The notes under the pieces were generated by a model. That model ran no database searches and had not been told where the DNA came from. It saw only the letters and a list, made by a program, of their open reading frames with translations. Below are positions 23,505-36,500 of a stretch of 64,000 bases of DNA, piece by piece; positions within the stretch are counted from its first letter, which is position 1, and each line of letters begins with the position of its first letter. The DNA lies in the NCBI RefSeq assembly GCF_028641065.1, contig NC_073410.1, positions 4,278,001 to 4,342,000 on the forward strand. Direction: 5' to 3'. This stretch comes from Leucoraja erinacea. Taxonomy: Eukaryota. Position numbers and translations under genes: made by a program.

Positions 23505-23628
23505 AGTTTGATTGAATCGATCTCTTGTCTGTCTTAATTGAATGTTTGAAGTACTGTTTTAAATGCAGCTGGATGATATTTTTAATGCATTTAACTGCAT
23601 TTTAAATGCAGGATGATGATATTTACAC

Positions 23629-23957
23629 AACATCAAGAACAGTCTGAAGAAATTCCACATCACATCAAGCAACTGGGAGCACATTGCACTGGACAGGCTC
23701 TCCTGGAGGAAATCCGTGCAGGATGGAGCTGCACGTCACGAAATGGAACCACGCCGTGTCGCAGAGACAAAGCGACAGCACCGTAAGGAGAGAGAGAAGG
23801 GGGCTCGACAACTACCGACCACCGGCAGTCTCCACTGCCCACATTGCACCAAGGTGTGTGGATCGTGGATCGGCCTCTACAGACATCTGCAGATCCACAA
23901 GTAGACGACCCTATGGAGAGGAGAGGACAGTCATACTCGTTTTGAGTGACTGCCCAT
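23629..23957 (+). mobile_element. RTE-clade LINE 3' end with C2H2 zinc finger
   Basis: IKNSLKKFHITSSNWEHIALDRLSWR...CPHCTKVCGSWIGLYRHLQIHK*; (GAT)n tail; 17-bp duplication 23612-23628 / 23958-23974. Confidence 0.85.
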
Positions 23958-23987
23958 GATGATGATATTTACACTCAGGAACCTGAA

Positions 23988-24138
23988 TGTGTCGGAAGGA
24001 ACTGGTTTAAACCAAAGATAAACACAAAAAGCTGGAGTAACTCAATAGGACAGACAGCATTTCTGGAGAAACGTCACCTATTCCTTTTCTCCAGAGATAC
24101 TGTCTGACCCGTTGAGTTACTCCAGCTGTTGTGTCTAT
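23988..24138. mobile_element. Inverted PLE pLTR cassette
   Basis: Inverted + direct arms; 14-bp TSD ctcaggaacctgaa (23974-23987 / 24139-24152). Confidence 0.8.
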
Positions 24139-25814
24139 CTCAGGAACCTGAAGTTCTCCATCTCCTTTGTGTATTAACCGATGTTATAATCTCTGGTTAA
24201 TTAATTAAAAGTCCATTAGCAGATTAAGTTTGACTGCTGTTCTTTTTCTACACCAGGCAGACTTGTGTTCAAAGAATCACAAATGCTACTAATCTGAATT
24301 ATTATTTACGTTGTTATGGATACAGTGGCTCCTCTGTTAGATGATAGCTTGTCACATAGACAAGCAAAACTCTTATTCAAAACACAGAGATAATTGAGTA
24401 CTACTGCTGCAAGATAGTGTGAGTTTGTGATTCAAGTCTCCTCTGCATCATGTCTAACCACATTTTCAACTGTACATGGAAGCACAAGTCATACGGTTTG
24501 AACATTTTTCTTCTGCAATCAATATTGGCCGTAAACTAACTAAATGATTCAGGGTTGATTGAACGATGACCAAGCCCGGAATACAGGATAAACATTCTGA
24601 TAAGTTTACCATTTCCTATGACAGCATATATTACCAAGGTCAGCATTCATTGCAATCCTGAGTGAGTGTCCAAAAATTGTACCATAGTAACTCTCTTTGG
24701 CGCTTCGAAGATATTCAAAGCTCCAACATGTTGCATCGCAAGTGATTGCCTCATTCGCAAGTTATGAGAAATGCCCTCAGAATCAGTGCTTCACATTTGC
24801 AAACAAGGGGCCAGAATGTTTGCCCGTATTCCCCTCTCCATCCAAGATTTCCTCGCAGACAGCCAATGCCTCTCACTCAGGTCTCATTCAGGAAAACCGA
24901 ACCTTGGGTCAACCGTACAGTGGAAAGCAAGGGAGATGTCGGAGTGCAGAACCAAGAGGAGAAGTAGAGCTTCATCAATACCAACTCATTCTGGAGTCAC
25001 AGAGTCAAGCAGCCCCTTGGTTCAACCCGGCCAGGCCAACCAAAATAACCTATTTAAGTCAGTCCCATCAGCTGCTCAACTCTGCACATCATGTTGCTTC
25101 AGGGAAGCAGCCAAACACAAAAAATGGCCATTCACACCCCAGATACAAGAACCAACTTCCTCCCCACTTTTAGCAAACATCTCCATGGATCTCTCATAAG
25201 CAAAGGGTGTGGCCCTGATCTCCCAACCTACCTCACTGTGGCCCTTGTAACTTTCTTTTATAATCGGCACTTTCTCTGCAGCTGAATCACTATCTTCTGC
25301 ATTTCCTTTTGTGATTATATGTACAGAATGGTTTGACTGGGTGTATGCAAACAATTAAAAAAAAAACACATTTGGGGCCATGAATTTCCCTTTAGATCCT
25401 AAAAATCCAAATAGAGGATAAATGTACAGGTGGCTCTGTCCATCCCCATGAAGACTGCGGAAGTTCAACAGGTTAACGCTTTTCCATAGGTAGTATCAGT
25501 GAAGAGGGTATCTAGCTAATTATTGACATCTACGCAACTTGGAAAAGCCACAGCAATTGAACGCAATGATAGGGAGGTGCTGGACTAAGGGGACACTGCA
25601 GTATCTGTTATAAAAGCTTGATCTTAAAGCACTGATCGTTCCATATGGCATCACTGTCCCTCTTGCAGCCACAACAGGGCACAGTTGCTGAAAGTTTGCA
25701 AACATACAGCTGTTCTATTGTACAAAACCACTTGGTCAAAATAGTTGGAACTTCCACCTTCACCATAAGCAAACACATTGCTAAATACTCAAATCAAACT
25801 TAACTTTCCTTTTA

Positions 25815-26057
25815 GACACAAAATGCTGGAGTAACTCAGCGGGTCAGGCAGCATCTCTGGAGCAAAGGAATAGGTGGCGTTTTGGGTTGAGACCATTCTT
25901 CAGGTTCTCTCCCCTGACTCTCATTCTGGAGAAGGGTCTCGACGCAAAACATCACCTATTCCTTTTCTCCAGAGATGCTGCCTGACCCATTGAGTTACTA
26001 CAGCATTTTGTGTCTATCTTTGGTGTAAACCAGCATCTGCAGTTCCTTCCTACACGC
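25815..26057. mobile_element. Inverted PLE pLTR cassette
   Basis: Inverted + direct arms with decayed hammerhead cores; 14-bp TSD 25801-25814 / 26058-26071 (13/14). Confidence 0.85.
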
Positions 26058-26664
26058 TAATTTTCCTTTTACAAGCTGTTTCAAATTGGGCTCCTTCCCA
26101 ATAATCTTTGCTCATGTTCTATATTTATGTCAGCTTCTAAACAAAGCAATACTGTTCTCCTCTCAATTGACAACCATGCAGATGAACTCAGAGTTGCTAC
26201 CGACCTACTTGCTGTTGATAATATGCCAAAGTCATCAATCATTTTTGCCTCCCACTGATCCTACACTGTTAATCTTGGTAACTTGGTTTGTAAAGAAATT
26301 GTGGTGTAGATCCAGACTGCACACGGAATTTGGAAAGTCCATAATGACATATGCAGGAGGAAACTATCTAATAATCCACTACATCTGCCTCTGAACTTCA
26401 TGGGAACAGAACTAAATGTAGGAATGTTCCTCAAATGCCTCCAATTCACTGTTGCAAACACACAATAATAAATCATCTGAAATGAGCTTTCTTATTAAAT
26501 ATCTTAAAGAAGAGAACAGAACATTTACTTACATTTCAGGTGGAATAAGATTTGGTGTATACGATTTCTTATGGTTTAGTTTAAAACCCAGAGTGTTCTA
26601 TTAAACATGCTATTGGATTTAGCAAAAACAAGTTTATAATATTTCTTAGTTGATGAATAGAATT

Positions 26665-27765
26665 TAGGTCATAAGATCATGTGATAGGAGGAGAATTAGG
26701 CCATTCTGCCCATCAAGTCTACTCTACCTTTCAATCTTCCTTCTTACCCCATTCTCCTGCCTTCTCCCCTAAACGTCTGACACCTGTAATAATCAACAAT
26801 CTATCTGTCTCTGCGTTAAAAATAATCACTGACTTGGCCTCTACAGCCTTCTGAGGCAAAGAATTCCACAGATTCACCACCCTCTGACGAAATAGATTTC
26901 TCCTCATTTTTTTCCTAAAAGAACGCCCGTTAATTCTGAGGCTATGACCTCTTGTCCTAGACTCTCCCACTAGTGGAAACATCCTCTCCACATCCACTCT
27001 ATCCAAGCCTTTCATTATTCTGTACGTTTCAATGAGGTTCCAGGACAAGGGGTCACAGCTTAAGGATAAGGGGGAAATCCTTTAAAACCGAGATGAGAAG
27101 AACTTTTTTCACACAGAGAGTGGTGAATCTCTGGAACTCTCTGCCACAGAGGGTAGTTGAGGCCAGTTCATTGGCTATATTTAAGAGGGAGCTAGATGTG
27201 GCCCTTGTGGCTACGGGGATCAGGGGGTATGGAGAGAAGGCAGGTACGGGATACTGAGTTGGATGATCAGCCATGATCATATTGAATGGCGGTGCAGGCT
27301 CGAAGGGCCGAATGGCCTACTCCTGCACCTAATTTCTATGTTTCTATGTTTCCCCTCATTCTTCTAAACTCCAGTGAGCACAGGCTCAGTGTGGACGAAC
27401 GCTCATCATAGGTTAACTTACTAATTCCTGGGATCATTCTTGTAAACATCCTCTGGGCCAGCTCCAGAGCCAGCACATCCTTACTCAGATATGATGCACA
27501 AAATTGCTCACGATATTTCAAACATGGCCTTATTCCTCTTATCGAGTCCACACACAAGGTTAGAAGTGCAGATGCTCTTCTCGGCATCTGCGCAATGGTG
27601 GCTGTCTTGTTGCTTCTTGTACATGTTGGTGGAAAGATTGGTGGAAACAAGGCCGCAACATTTTTCCCAATGTAGCCTTACCAGCGCCTTATACAGCCTC
27701 AACATTATGTCCCTGTTTTTGGGTACAAGCCCTCTTGAAATAAATGCTAGCATTGAGTTTGCTTT
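26665..27765 (-). mobile_element. CR1/HER1 fragment containing an opposite-strand CR1 (27040-27352)
   Basis: ORFs 26731-27048, 27336-27650 and 27508-27795 carry successive CR1 ORF2 motifs (KANSMLAFISRG, LYKALVR, QRMFTRMIPG). Confidence 0.9.
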
Positions 27766-29423
27766 CCCACAAAGTCCCACAAACTGCACCTCCATCTATA
27801 CCCCTTACTACTGCCAGGACCATAAGAGTACTTTGATCACCTTGATGTTACGAAGGTGCTATATCAATGCAAGTTTTTCTTACTCAGAACACATTGAAAA
27901 ATAAATTGAATGGTATGTACTGTATAATAAACTGCTAATCCAGCACCACCAACAGCTCAACACCGTCTCGAATAAAATCTGTCCTTAAATTGATATTTAT
28001 TTTCATTCTTGGTAATCCTTTGTAAGTGGCTGGCAAAGGAGCGAAAACACAACACTGGGGGGAACTTGACTCTGAAATTCCAAAGCTGATGGAGATACTA
28101 AGTACATCGGGTTTTTTTATATACTGAATAAAAAGCCTCCCTACTTGTTTGCAATAAAAGCAAAATAAGTGTGGCATTTGCACCCTGACGACAAGTGACC
28201 CCATTCAATCTTGTCGGCAAACATTAACAGCCTGTTTAGAAAGTAAAGGTCCTTGCAAATAGGCTGGGTGCCTGAAGTGGTCCTTATATGTCTACGGAGG
28301 ATTGGTGAAGTTATTACAGGATGTCACAAAATATAGTCAATTGTAAACGATTAGAGCTGTCTGAAAACCGATTCTATTACTTCTCGGAGCATATAATTGC
28401 TCAGCATAATCCTATGTGGCACAACCCTTTCATGTTTATGAAGAGATCAAAAAGAGATTTGTAAGCAAAATCCCATACCCTCAGCTCAGTGCTCCATTAA
28501 AATAGAATTCAGAGCTAGCTATGATTGCTTATGTAATGATTAAATGTTAAAAAGCCTAATCCTGCATTTGCTGAATAATACTGCTGGAGCTTTTGTTTCT
28601 GAACAAAATGCTAATTGATTTTATGTTTCAACTCGGGGCACTCCTGATGTTTTAATGGAGCAACTGAAATTTGTGATCTTGCGCGGAGGCATTTGGATTA
28701 GGTTTTCAGTTTCAATCCTTGATCCTTGTTCTATTAGACGGTCTCAGCCATCACAGTAATGAGGTGCTACAGTCAGTTTTACTGCCTTTAGGCTCGGGAG
28801 AGGGAAACACGACAGATAGATAGATCCTTTATTGTCATTCAGACCTTACGGTCTGAACGAAACTATGTTTCCAGACCAGACCTTCCGCTCAAATGAAATG
28901 AAACATGGCTCTTCTGGTAGACTTTCTGCGAGCACATTTGAAGAGAAGGAGCAGAAGACCCATTAGATTCATACAGGGTTTCCCACGGGTGCTCTGGTTT
29001 CCTCCCATATACCAAAGAGGTGCAGGTTTCCTGCAAAAAATTGGAGATGTAACCCAGTCCTTCACACAGACCAAACTCCCCACCATTGACTCCATCTACA
29101 CTTCATGCTGCCTCGGAAAAGTAAGCAGCATGATCAATCTCACCGCAGTCATTCCTCCTTCTCTCTGCTCCCATTCGGTAAAAAATAAGGATGCTCGAAA
29201 GGTGCACCACCAGCCTCAGGAACATTGTTATCATTGAAACGTTGCCTATTTCCTTCGCTCCATAGATGCTGCCGCACCCGTTGAGTTTCTCCAGCACTTT
29301 TGTCTACCTCTGTTATCAGGATTCAGATCAGTCCTCCCATACGCCAGTGTATCATCTGAACCACCTCTAACTCAATGGACTTTGTGTATGGATTGATGCT
29401 ATTGGTTTGACTTGATTGTATCT

Positions 29424-29830
29424 CAAGATTCAAGATTCAAGAGAGTTTATTGCCTTGTGTCCCAAATGGGACAATGAAATTCTTGCTTTGCTTCAGCACA
29501 AGAGAATATAGTGGACATGACTACAGTGTGTCCACATACCATTGAATAAATATATACACACATAAATAATAAATAAACAGATAATGGGCTATTAATGTTC
29601 AGAGTTTTGTATGAGTTGAGTTTAGTAGCATGATGGCTGTGGGGAAGTGGCTATTCCTGAACCTGGATGTTGCAGATTTCAGGCTCCTGTACCTTCTACC
29701 TGAGGGCAGCGGGGAGATGAGTGAGTGGCCAGGATGGTGTGGGTTCTTGATGATGCTGGCAGCCTTTTTGAGGCAGTGGCTGCGGTAGATCCCCTCGAGG
29801 TCAGAGCCGATGATGGACTGGGCAGTGTGT
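29424..29830 (-). mobile_element. Rex1/Babar 3' end inserted in another Rex1 fragment (~29025-29920, +)
   Basis: Reverse match to 20305-20755; (TCTTGAA)n tail; flanking + strand TQTKLPTIDSIYTSCCLGK. Confidence 0.8.
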
Positions 29831-29978
29831 TATGCAAATATTATCTGATCCGTATGGATAGCATGCAAAACAAAGCCTTTCACTGTACCTCATTAATAAT
29901 AAACTTACAATAATAAACTTAACCTGAGCAGTTCAGTTTGGTATTCCGAAATGGTCACGGCATCTGTAATAATGTTAT

Positions 29979-30335
29979 AGGTGCCGGTGGCACAGTGGTT
30001 TGCATTGCTGCTTCACAACTCCAGGGATCTGAGTTTGATTCAGAACGCTGGTGCTGTCTGTGTGAAGTTGGCACGTTCTCCCTGTGACTGCATGGGTTTC
30101 CCTCGGGTGCTCCGTTTTCTCCCCACATCCCAAAGACCTGCAGGTTGGGAGGTCAATTGGTCTCTGTAAATTGCTTCCTACTGTGGACTCGAGGAATTGG
30201 AGAGGGAGTCGATGCCTCTCCAATGCCTCTCGAAGAGAGAGCAAACAGTTTACCAAGGAACAATTTTGGCATTGGGATTGATCTGAGCGCTGGTATAGAT
30301 TCTTCGGTCTCAATGGCCTTCTTCTGTGCTATGCA
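29979..30335 (+). mobile_element. Older HE1-type V-SINE
   Basis: ggtggcacagtgg A box; V-domain gcacgttctccctgtgactgcatgggtttcc. Confidence 0.75.
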
Positions 30336-30979
30336 AATCAAATATGTTAGACTGTCACAAAACAAAGATCAACCAAGCTAAGAGAAACTGGAGAAATACC
30401 CAGGCCATTTCCCACTGGACGTTGATCGACTTGGAAATAATTGTTAGTGTCTCTCAAACGAGGGAAAATCAGTTTTGTATGCGAGTTTTGTATAAAATAC
30501 CCGCGCCAAGCTGCCAATTTGTGGGCTGAACAATCTGTCACGAGGAAGCTGATTAACTCCAGTGACTAAACTGACAACACACTTTGCAGCACACTCGACT
30601 TGGAGTCAGCTCTCAACTCTGTGTTGCATGGCGACAGCGTTTGACTAACTGGATCTTCCCATCTGTCACCTTTGTTTTATCGATGTCGCACCTTAATAAA
30701 TTAATCATGATGTGCGTGACATTTTCATTTAAAAATCTGGCCAAGTTTAATGTCAATATGTCAGAAGAACCCGCATCTACACAATGTCTTCCACGTCCTT
30801 CAGGTAGTCAATGGAACTTCTTTGCCAAGCATGTGGATTGGAAGAGCAGGTTGGTAAATTCAACTGACAAAAAGCAGGAGCTCATGATGAGATAAGCAAC
30901 ATGATTTATCCTTTCAACCAAGTTGCCTGAGTTTCATTTGTCTAATTCACAAAAGGAACTCCCCTCTACATAGAATGAA

Positions 30980-31440
30980 GGCAGACACAAAAACTGTAGA
31001 TGCAGGTTTACAAAGTGCTGGATGGACTCAGTGGTTCAGGCAGCATCTCTGGAAGACTTGGATAGATAACGTTTCAGGTCGGGAACCTTCTTCAGACTGA
31101 ATGTGGTGGGTGGGGGAGGGGGGGGAGGGATAAAACCTGGAAAGAGGTGCAAAACATGGCACCTGTTAGGTGGGTATGGATGAGGAGGGTGGACAGAACA
31201 GAGATAAAAAGAAGAGAAAAAAAGGTTGAAAGATAATGAGTAGTGTGTAATGTGGTCAGAGAAAGGGATATAGGTGGAAAGGGATAAGGGAAAGGGGGAA
31301 TGGGGGTGTTTTAGTGGGAGTAATGGGTGGCCATCTAAAGATTCTGCGGTAGTTGACACTCTAGTGCAAAATGGGAAACTTGTGTCCTGAGTTAGACTCC
31401 AGCATCTGCAGCGTTTTGTAGAAACAAGGAAACATGTCAA
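30980..31440 (-). mobile_element. PLE pLTR + 3' region
   Basis: Reverse core agtctgaagaaggttcccgacctgaaacgtta at ~31068-31099. Confidence 0.7.
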
Positions 31441-31567
31441 AGGTAAAACAAAATATTTCCTTTTCCCATCCCGAAAACACCAACTCTGCTAATGCTCCCA
31501 TAGTTTATACAGCTTAATTAGTAGGCTATTCAAACTTGTTTCTTTACCTAAGTGGTACATCAGTGTC

Positions 31568-31745
31568 TCCAATTCTGGCCTCAGGTGCACCCCCAACTTT
31601 AACTGCTTCATCAATGCTGTGCCTTGCACAGGTGAGATCTGAAGACCTGAACTTCATTCTTTAAACCTCTCACCCCTCTCTCACACTTCCTGAGGACACT
31701 TCTTTTCGCCCATCCCTTCGAGCAAGCTTCGGGCCATCCATCCAA
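31568..31745 (+). mobile_element. Old L2-type LINE 3' relic
   Basis: ccaattctggcctc...taaacctctc...gagcaagcttcgg, resembling the chondrichthyan L2 3' end from memory; heavily decayed. Confidence 0.4.
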
Positions 31746-32001
31746 ATCAGTAGCTCTATATCACTCTCCACACATTGCCTGACCTGAACATTTCAGATTT
31801 TCAACATCTCCCCTATTTCATGTTAACTTTTATCAGATTTCCTTTTGTGATTCGGTTAGAATTTTGTTTGCAGAATTTTCTGTGAAGAGTCGAAGGAATT
31901 TTGCTCAGTCGAAGGCACTGTTGCTGTTTTACTTCTTCATGCTTTCCAGCAGTGATCAATAGTTTGAGGATCAGGCAGGGGAAACAACTGATTTTCCTCA
32001 T

Positions 32002-32098
32002 AGTCTGAGGAAGGGTCTCGACCCAAAACGACACCCATTCCTTCTCTCCAGAGATGCTGCCTGTCCCGCTGAGTTACTCCAGCATTTTGTGTCTACCT
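32002..32098 (+). mobile_element. PLE pLTR
   Basis: agtctgaggaagggtctcgacccaaaacgacacccattcc...ttttgtgtctac. Confidence 0.85.
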
Positions 32099-33249
32099 GC
32101 TGTTTATATGTAAATACTTCCTAGTTATAATAACATTTGCATGATTATACATTATTATTCACAGAAGCTGCAAAACTAAATATAATATTCCCTCACCTCA
32201 CATAGTCGCTTGAGATAACGTTCTGCAAAGATTGTCCTTGTCCACACTTTCAGATTGTAGATCAAAATGCAATCAACAATATTTATCGAAACTTACTGTA
32301 CTTAGTCCTTCAATATCTAAGATGCGTTACCGTCCCTGGTGTCGCATTTCCATAGTCCCAGATGTTTAGGGTTTCCATTCAGAAATCATTCAGCTCAATC
32401 TATAATTAGTCTCCGAACCTTCAATCCTGTTTCATCAAATCTACAGTACATTCAATCCTTTTTTTACTGTGTTAAATTAACACAGCATTAAGGGCTGCAA
32501 TGTATTCAATATATATCTACTACTCAAGTATGTGCCTAAATCCATCTACAACAGTGCAAATGTTTTCTGTAACTTGTGGATATCTTTGTTGAACTTAGTT
32601 AAATGACTTTGAATTGCATTCAGCTACACCAGACTTTGATGTCAATGTGTACATTTGAGGGATATTTTTTGCAAATGGCTCAGGCCATTTCTTCATTCTG
32701 TGAGTTCTGTGTTTAATGTTTATACCATTAATTCCCAATCTCAACATCCATCTGTGATGCACTTCATGGATTCTTATCCCTTTGACCATCATAAATCTTT
32801 GTGAAATCCAGCTGGCGAGCTAACGTGGTGTCAACAGAAAAATATGTGTTATGTACAAACAGTACCGGGTTGTATTGGCCTGAACTCTGCAAGCTGTGTC
32901 GGTGAGTTCAATGGGAACTGTCTGCATTCAGCTGGCCCCGTGCGAGTCCTGGATTTACACAGATCCACTGCAACCCTGAGCTGTGGTGTGCATCTGTCTT
33001 TCCGCTCCAAGTATGGACTCCATATGAAATCCAACAGCAGAGTCCCATCTTAGTGAGGTTCTGGGGACCTGCCTCTCCAATCCTATCAAAAACGTTATAG
33101 AAGATTCATGATCTGGATGTTTCGTGAACAAAAGTACATCTTTTACTGCTTAATCTCTTTATATTTAAGTTATTTCTTGTTATATGTTTTTTAGTTATAT
33201 TATATTTTGAAGTCCATAAAGAATATAAAATCTTTTAGACTACAGCCCT

Positions 33250-33560
33250 GGGGATGGCACAATGAACAGCAGTAAAGTTGCTGCCTTACAACTCCAGAGA
33301 CCCGGGTTTGATCCCGACTACGGATGCTGTCTGTACGGAGTTTGTACGTACTCCCTGTGACCGCGTGGGTTTTCTCTGGGTGCTCTGGTTTCCTCTCACA
33401 TTCTGAAGACGTGTGGTTAATTAGCTAATTAGCCTCTGCAAAAATTGTTCCTCGTGTGCAGGATAGAACGAGAGTAGGGGTGATCGTTGGTCAGCACGGA
33501 CTCAGTGAGCCGAAGGGCCTGCTTCCACCCTGTACCTCTAAACTAAAGTAAAACTTAAAC
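33250..33560 (+). mobile_element. HE1-type V-SINE
   Basis: Head, V-domain, gccgaagggcctgcttcc tail, (CTAAA)-like end. Confidence 0.85.
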
Positions 33561-36500
33561 TGTGGCAGATGACAAAAGCTTCACGTGCATGTCTATATTT
33601 TGTCAAAGGTTTGCAGGATGTCCAAGAGCCTTTAGTGGAACCACATTGGAGATCATCTCACCACTGAGATCTGATCATGCCTTGCGTGGACACCTCACTT
33701 ATACAGAGGTCCACCAGCCCAGATAAGGATGGTGGAGGTAACCAAGGATGAATCGATGGTGGACAAGAATGAAAGAGATGAGGCGGGGGAAAGCAAGTAC
33801 CCAGGGACAGAGAGTGACATGTTCAGGAAATTGGCTCAACCGCTCGCAACCCAACAAAACTCGCTCACCTGCACTCTTTGCCTCGAATGAACGAGTGCAA
33901 TAAATCATTTGGCGGCAACACAACAAGCTTTAACCTCCAAGTACATTAGTCAATACGAAATTTGGCACGCTGCATATTAGTAAATAATTTGATCAAATCA
34001 TCACAAGAGTTTGATCCTGGTCCTCAGAATGAAGGTAATGTGTGTTCTATACGAACATGTAACCCTTCCTTGATTAGCACATTCCCACTGCTGTCAATCA
34101 TTTATAATGTTGCACAGCTTTTGATTTCAGTAGCAGCAAAGAACAATTCTGTCTGAAATATGCATTAGTTATTAATGATTCCACTGAACAATTAAATTAA
34201 TAAAAAACTTAACGAGCAGGAACCTACCTAAAACTGCTGCTTTTGTCACATGGCTTTTAGAGGAAGACGCAACTCAGACAATTTGCATCATGTTACTCCG
34301 GCAATCATTTTTCCAATGCGTTTACTACATCTTTGAATGAAATCCATCTGTTCACACTCAGTTTGTTCCTCTGTATCACGGTTTGAGAATCAACGGAACG
34401 TAACAGTCATTCGAAGGCTGAAATCTTGGGGCTTCAGTTTCATGATGCACTATTCCTTTGATGTAAATAACCATTCCCAGAGGAAAATATAACTTCTTGA
34501 ACTTCCAGTAAGTATTGCCATTTCTTTTAATTAGTATTTATTTTATTCCTCTCCAAGACTGTTGAGGTGCTACAGAAAATGCTCTGTAAAGGCAACGACT
34601 TTACTGACTTTTGGATCTCCTATGGTCGTGGATGGATTGTTTTTATTGTAATCAGTTTTTACTGCAGCTTTTTGATCTCTCCTTTCTTTGTACACAACAC
34701 TTCATCACCTTTATTTTGTGCTATAATTGCTAGTGAAAGATTCCTCCTTTGATGGAGATTGGACGCCAAACCGCGATTGGAAAGAGTGTTGAAATGTGTC
34801 ATATGTTCCGTCTGCATTTTACAAAAAAAAATCCATACACCTGCAGAAGAAAAACAATTTTTCAGAGATATGACATATCTATCATCCCACTGCAGGATAT
34901 AAGCTGTTCTGTGTGCCTAATAGTGAGGGCTTTGCATGGTGGAATACTAAGTGCTGAAAGAAATGTGTAGCATGTTATACACTGTCTGGCAGCCTTCCCT
35001 GACCTCATCTCATCTCGCCCTCTGATAATTCACAATTTGTGTTCCAGAGGGCTCATCACTCTGGCTGAGATAGTGCTTGGATGGGGCCCTGTCTCTGCTC
35101 TCTGTCACACTGTCTGTCAGGTGTGTCTGTCTCCCATCACCTGCTAACAGAGCCACATGCTTCTCAATTACCGGCAGAGCCACTGTTTTCATTGCATTTC
35201 AGCAACTGATGATGATATTAATTTTAAACTTGTTTACGCCGGGACTTCAGATCCCTGCTCCTCAGATGTCTGAAATATCTCGAAACTAAACTAAGTGATT
35301 CGACGCTCAGAAAAGAAAAATATGAGAGCTTTCTTACTTTGGCACCACACGTTTTTATTGCCATCAGAAATAATAATATCCATCAACGATCTGCCAAGTC
35401 CCAAGTGGGTTGGGTGCAGAACAAAGACACGACTGTCTCTCTTTGCTGCGGTAACAAGGAGATGTTGATGTACCTGCCATTCAGGTGCAAATAGTATCAT
35501 CATGACTGCATAAATCAGGGGCTTTCAACCACTTTAACACTATTCTGAAAATGGGCCAACGTTCACCATTCTGCTGATTTTGAGAGCAAACAGAATTTAG
35601 GGATCTGTAATCAACAGTGGAGCAGACAGTAACAGGAGACAAAAGGGAACATTAACAGTGTTAGCTATACTTGCCACTGGTATAAATAGTTGAGGTGATG
35701 ATTAATGACTTGAGGGGAAGAATTAGCCGGTATGATGAGCAGAGACAAAGCGTGCCTGCTCAGATGCCCGCAAACAAGACTTAATACATCCATATAACTG
35801 CTCAATGTGACAAACAAGGGATTCAACTTAATGGACAGCACATGAAGACTTAATTTAACCCTGTCATTATGATGTCTGCGGAGCTTTATCAACACTTTGA
35901 CTTTGCAGATGATGAGGTCAAAGAGTCTGAAAACACACATTTGTTGGGGGAACAAAATACACTACAGTCGGACAGGAAACTGTATGGGAAAAAGATGAAT
36001 GCAGGGAAGGGGGACCAAAAAGGGAGCTTTCAATGCTCAGATGTCAACGGTGCCAAAACCGAGTTAGCTAAAAGAACTTATTTTGTATCTTAACAAAGAG
36101 TGAGTGCCAACAGGCACAAATAGCTCAGCAGGGAATTCTACACATGGAGTTCCACACAACTGCAGCATTATGGAAAGAACGCAATTCTAAAACTTAAGTG
36201 GCATAATATGCAGCACTTTGCACTGAAAAGTAATTGCAAATTTAGTGCACATAGAAGCTTAATAACATTCTTGGAATAAAAATCCATCACGAAGTAAGTG
36301 AACTGTATTTAGAAGGACTGGCAGATAAACCTGGTGCTTTCAACATTTTCTCATTACAAGTAGCGTTGAACATTAGTGCGACGAACATTGTCCGGGACTG
36401 TTGTAACTACCACAGTTAATACGGGTGTAATAGACTTATGGATCTAGTTGTGTTGCAGGAATAGGAACTGATAAAACCTTCACAAGTTATCCAAATCAAT

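Noticed and set aside
23716-23904. C2H2 zinc-finger ORF
   Set aside because: It is the C-terminus of an RTE LINE, bounded by a tail and TSD
24697-25199. Overlapping 142-158 aa ORFs
   Set aside because: No recognisable motifs; the 3' part runs into a decayed Rex1 fragment (25120-25352)
34640-34840. Minus-strand acceptor, 52-codon ORF and AATAAA
   Set aside because: No recognisable product; within chance expectation
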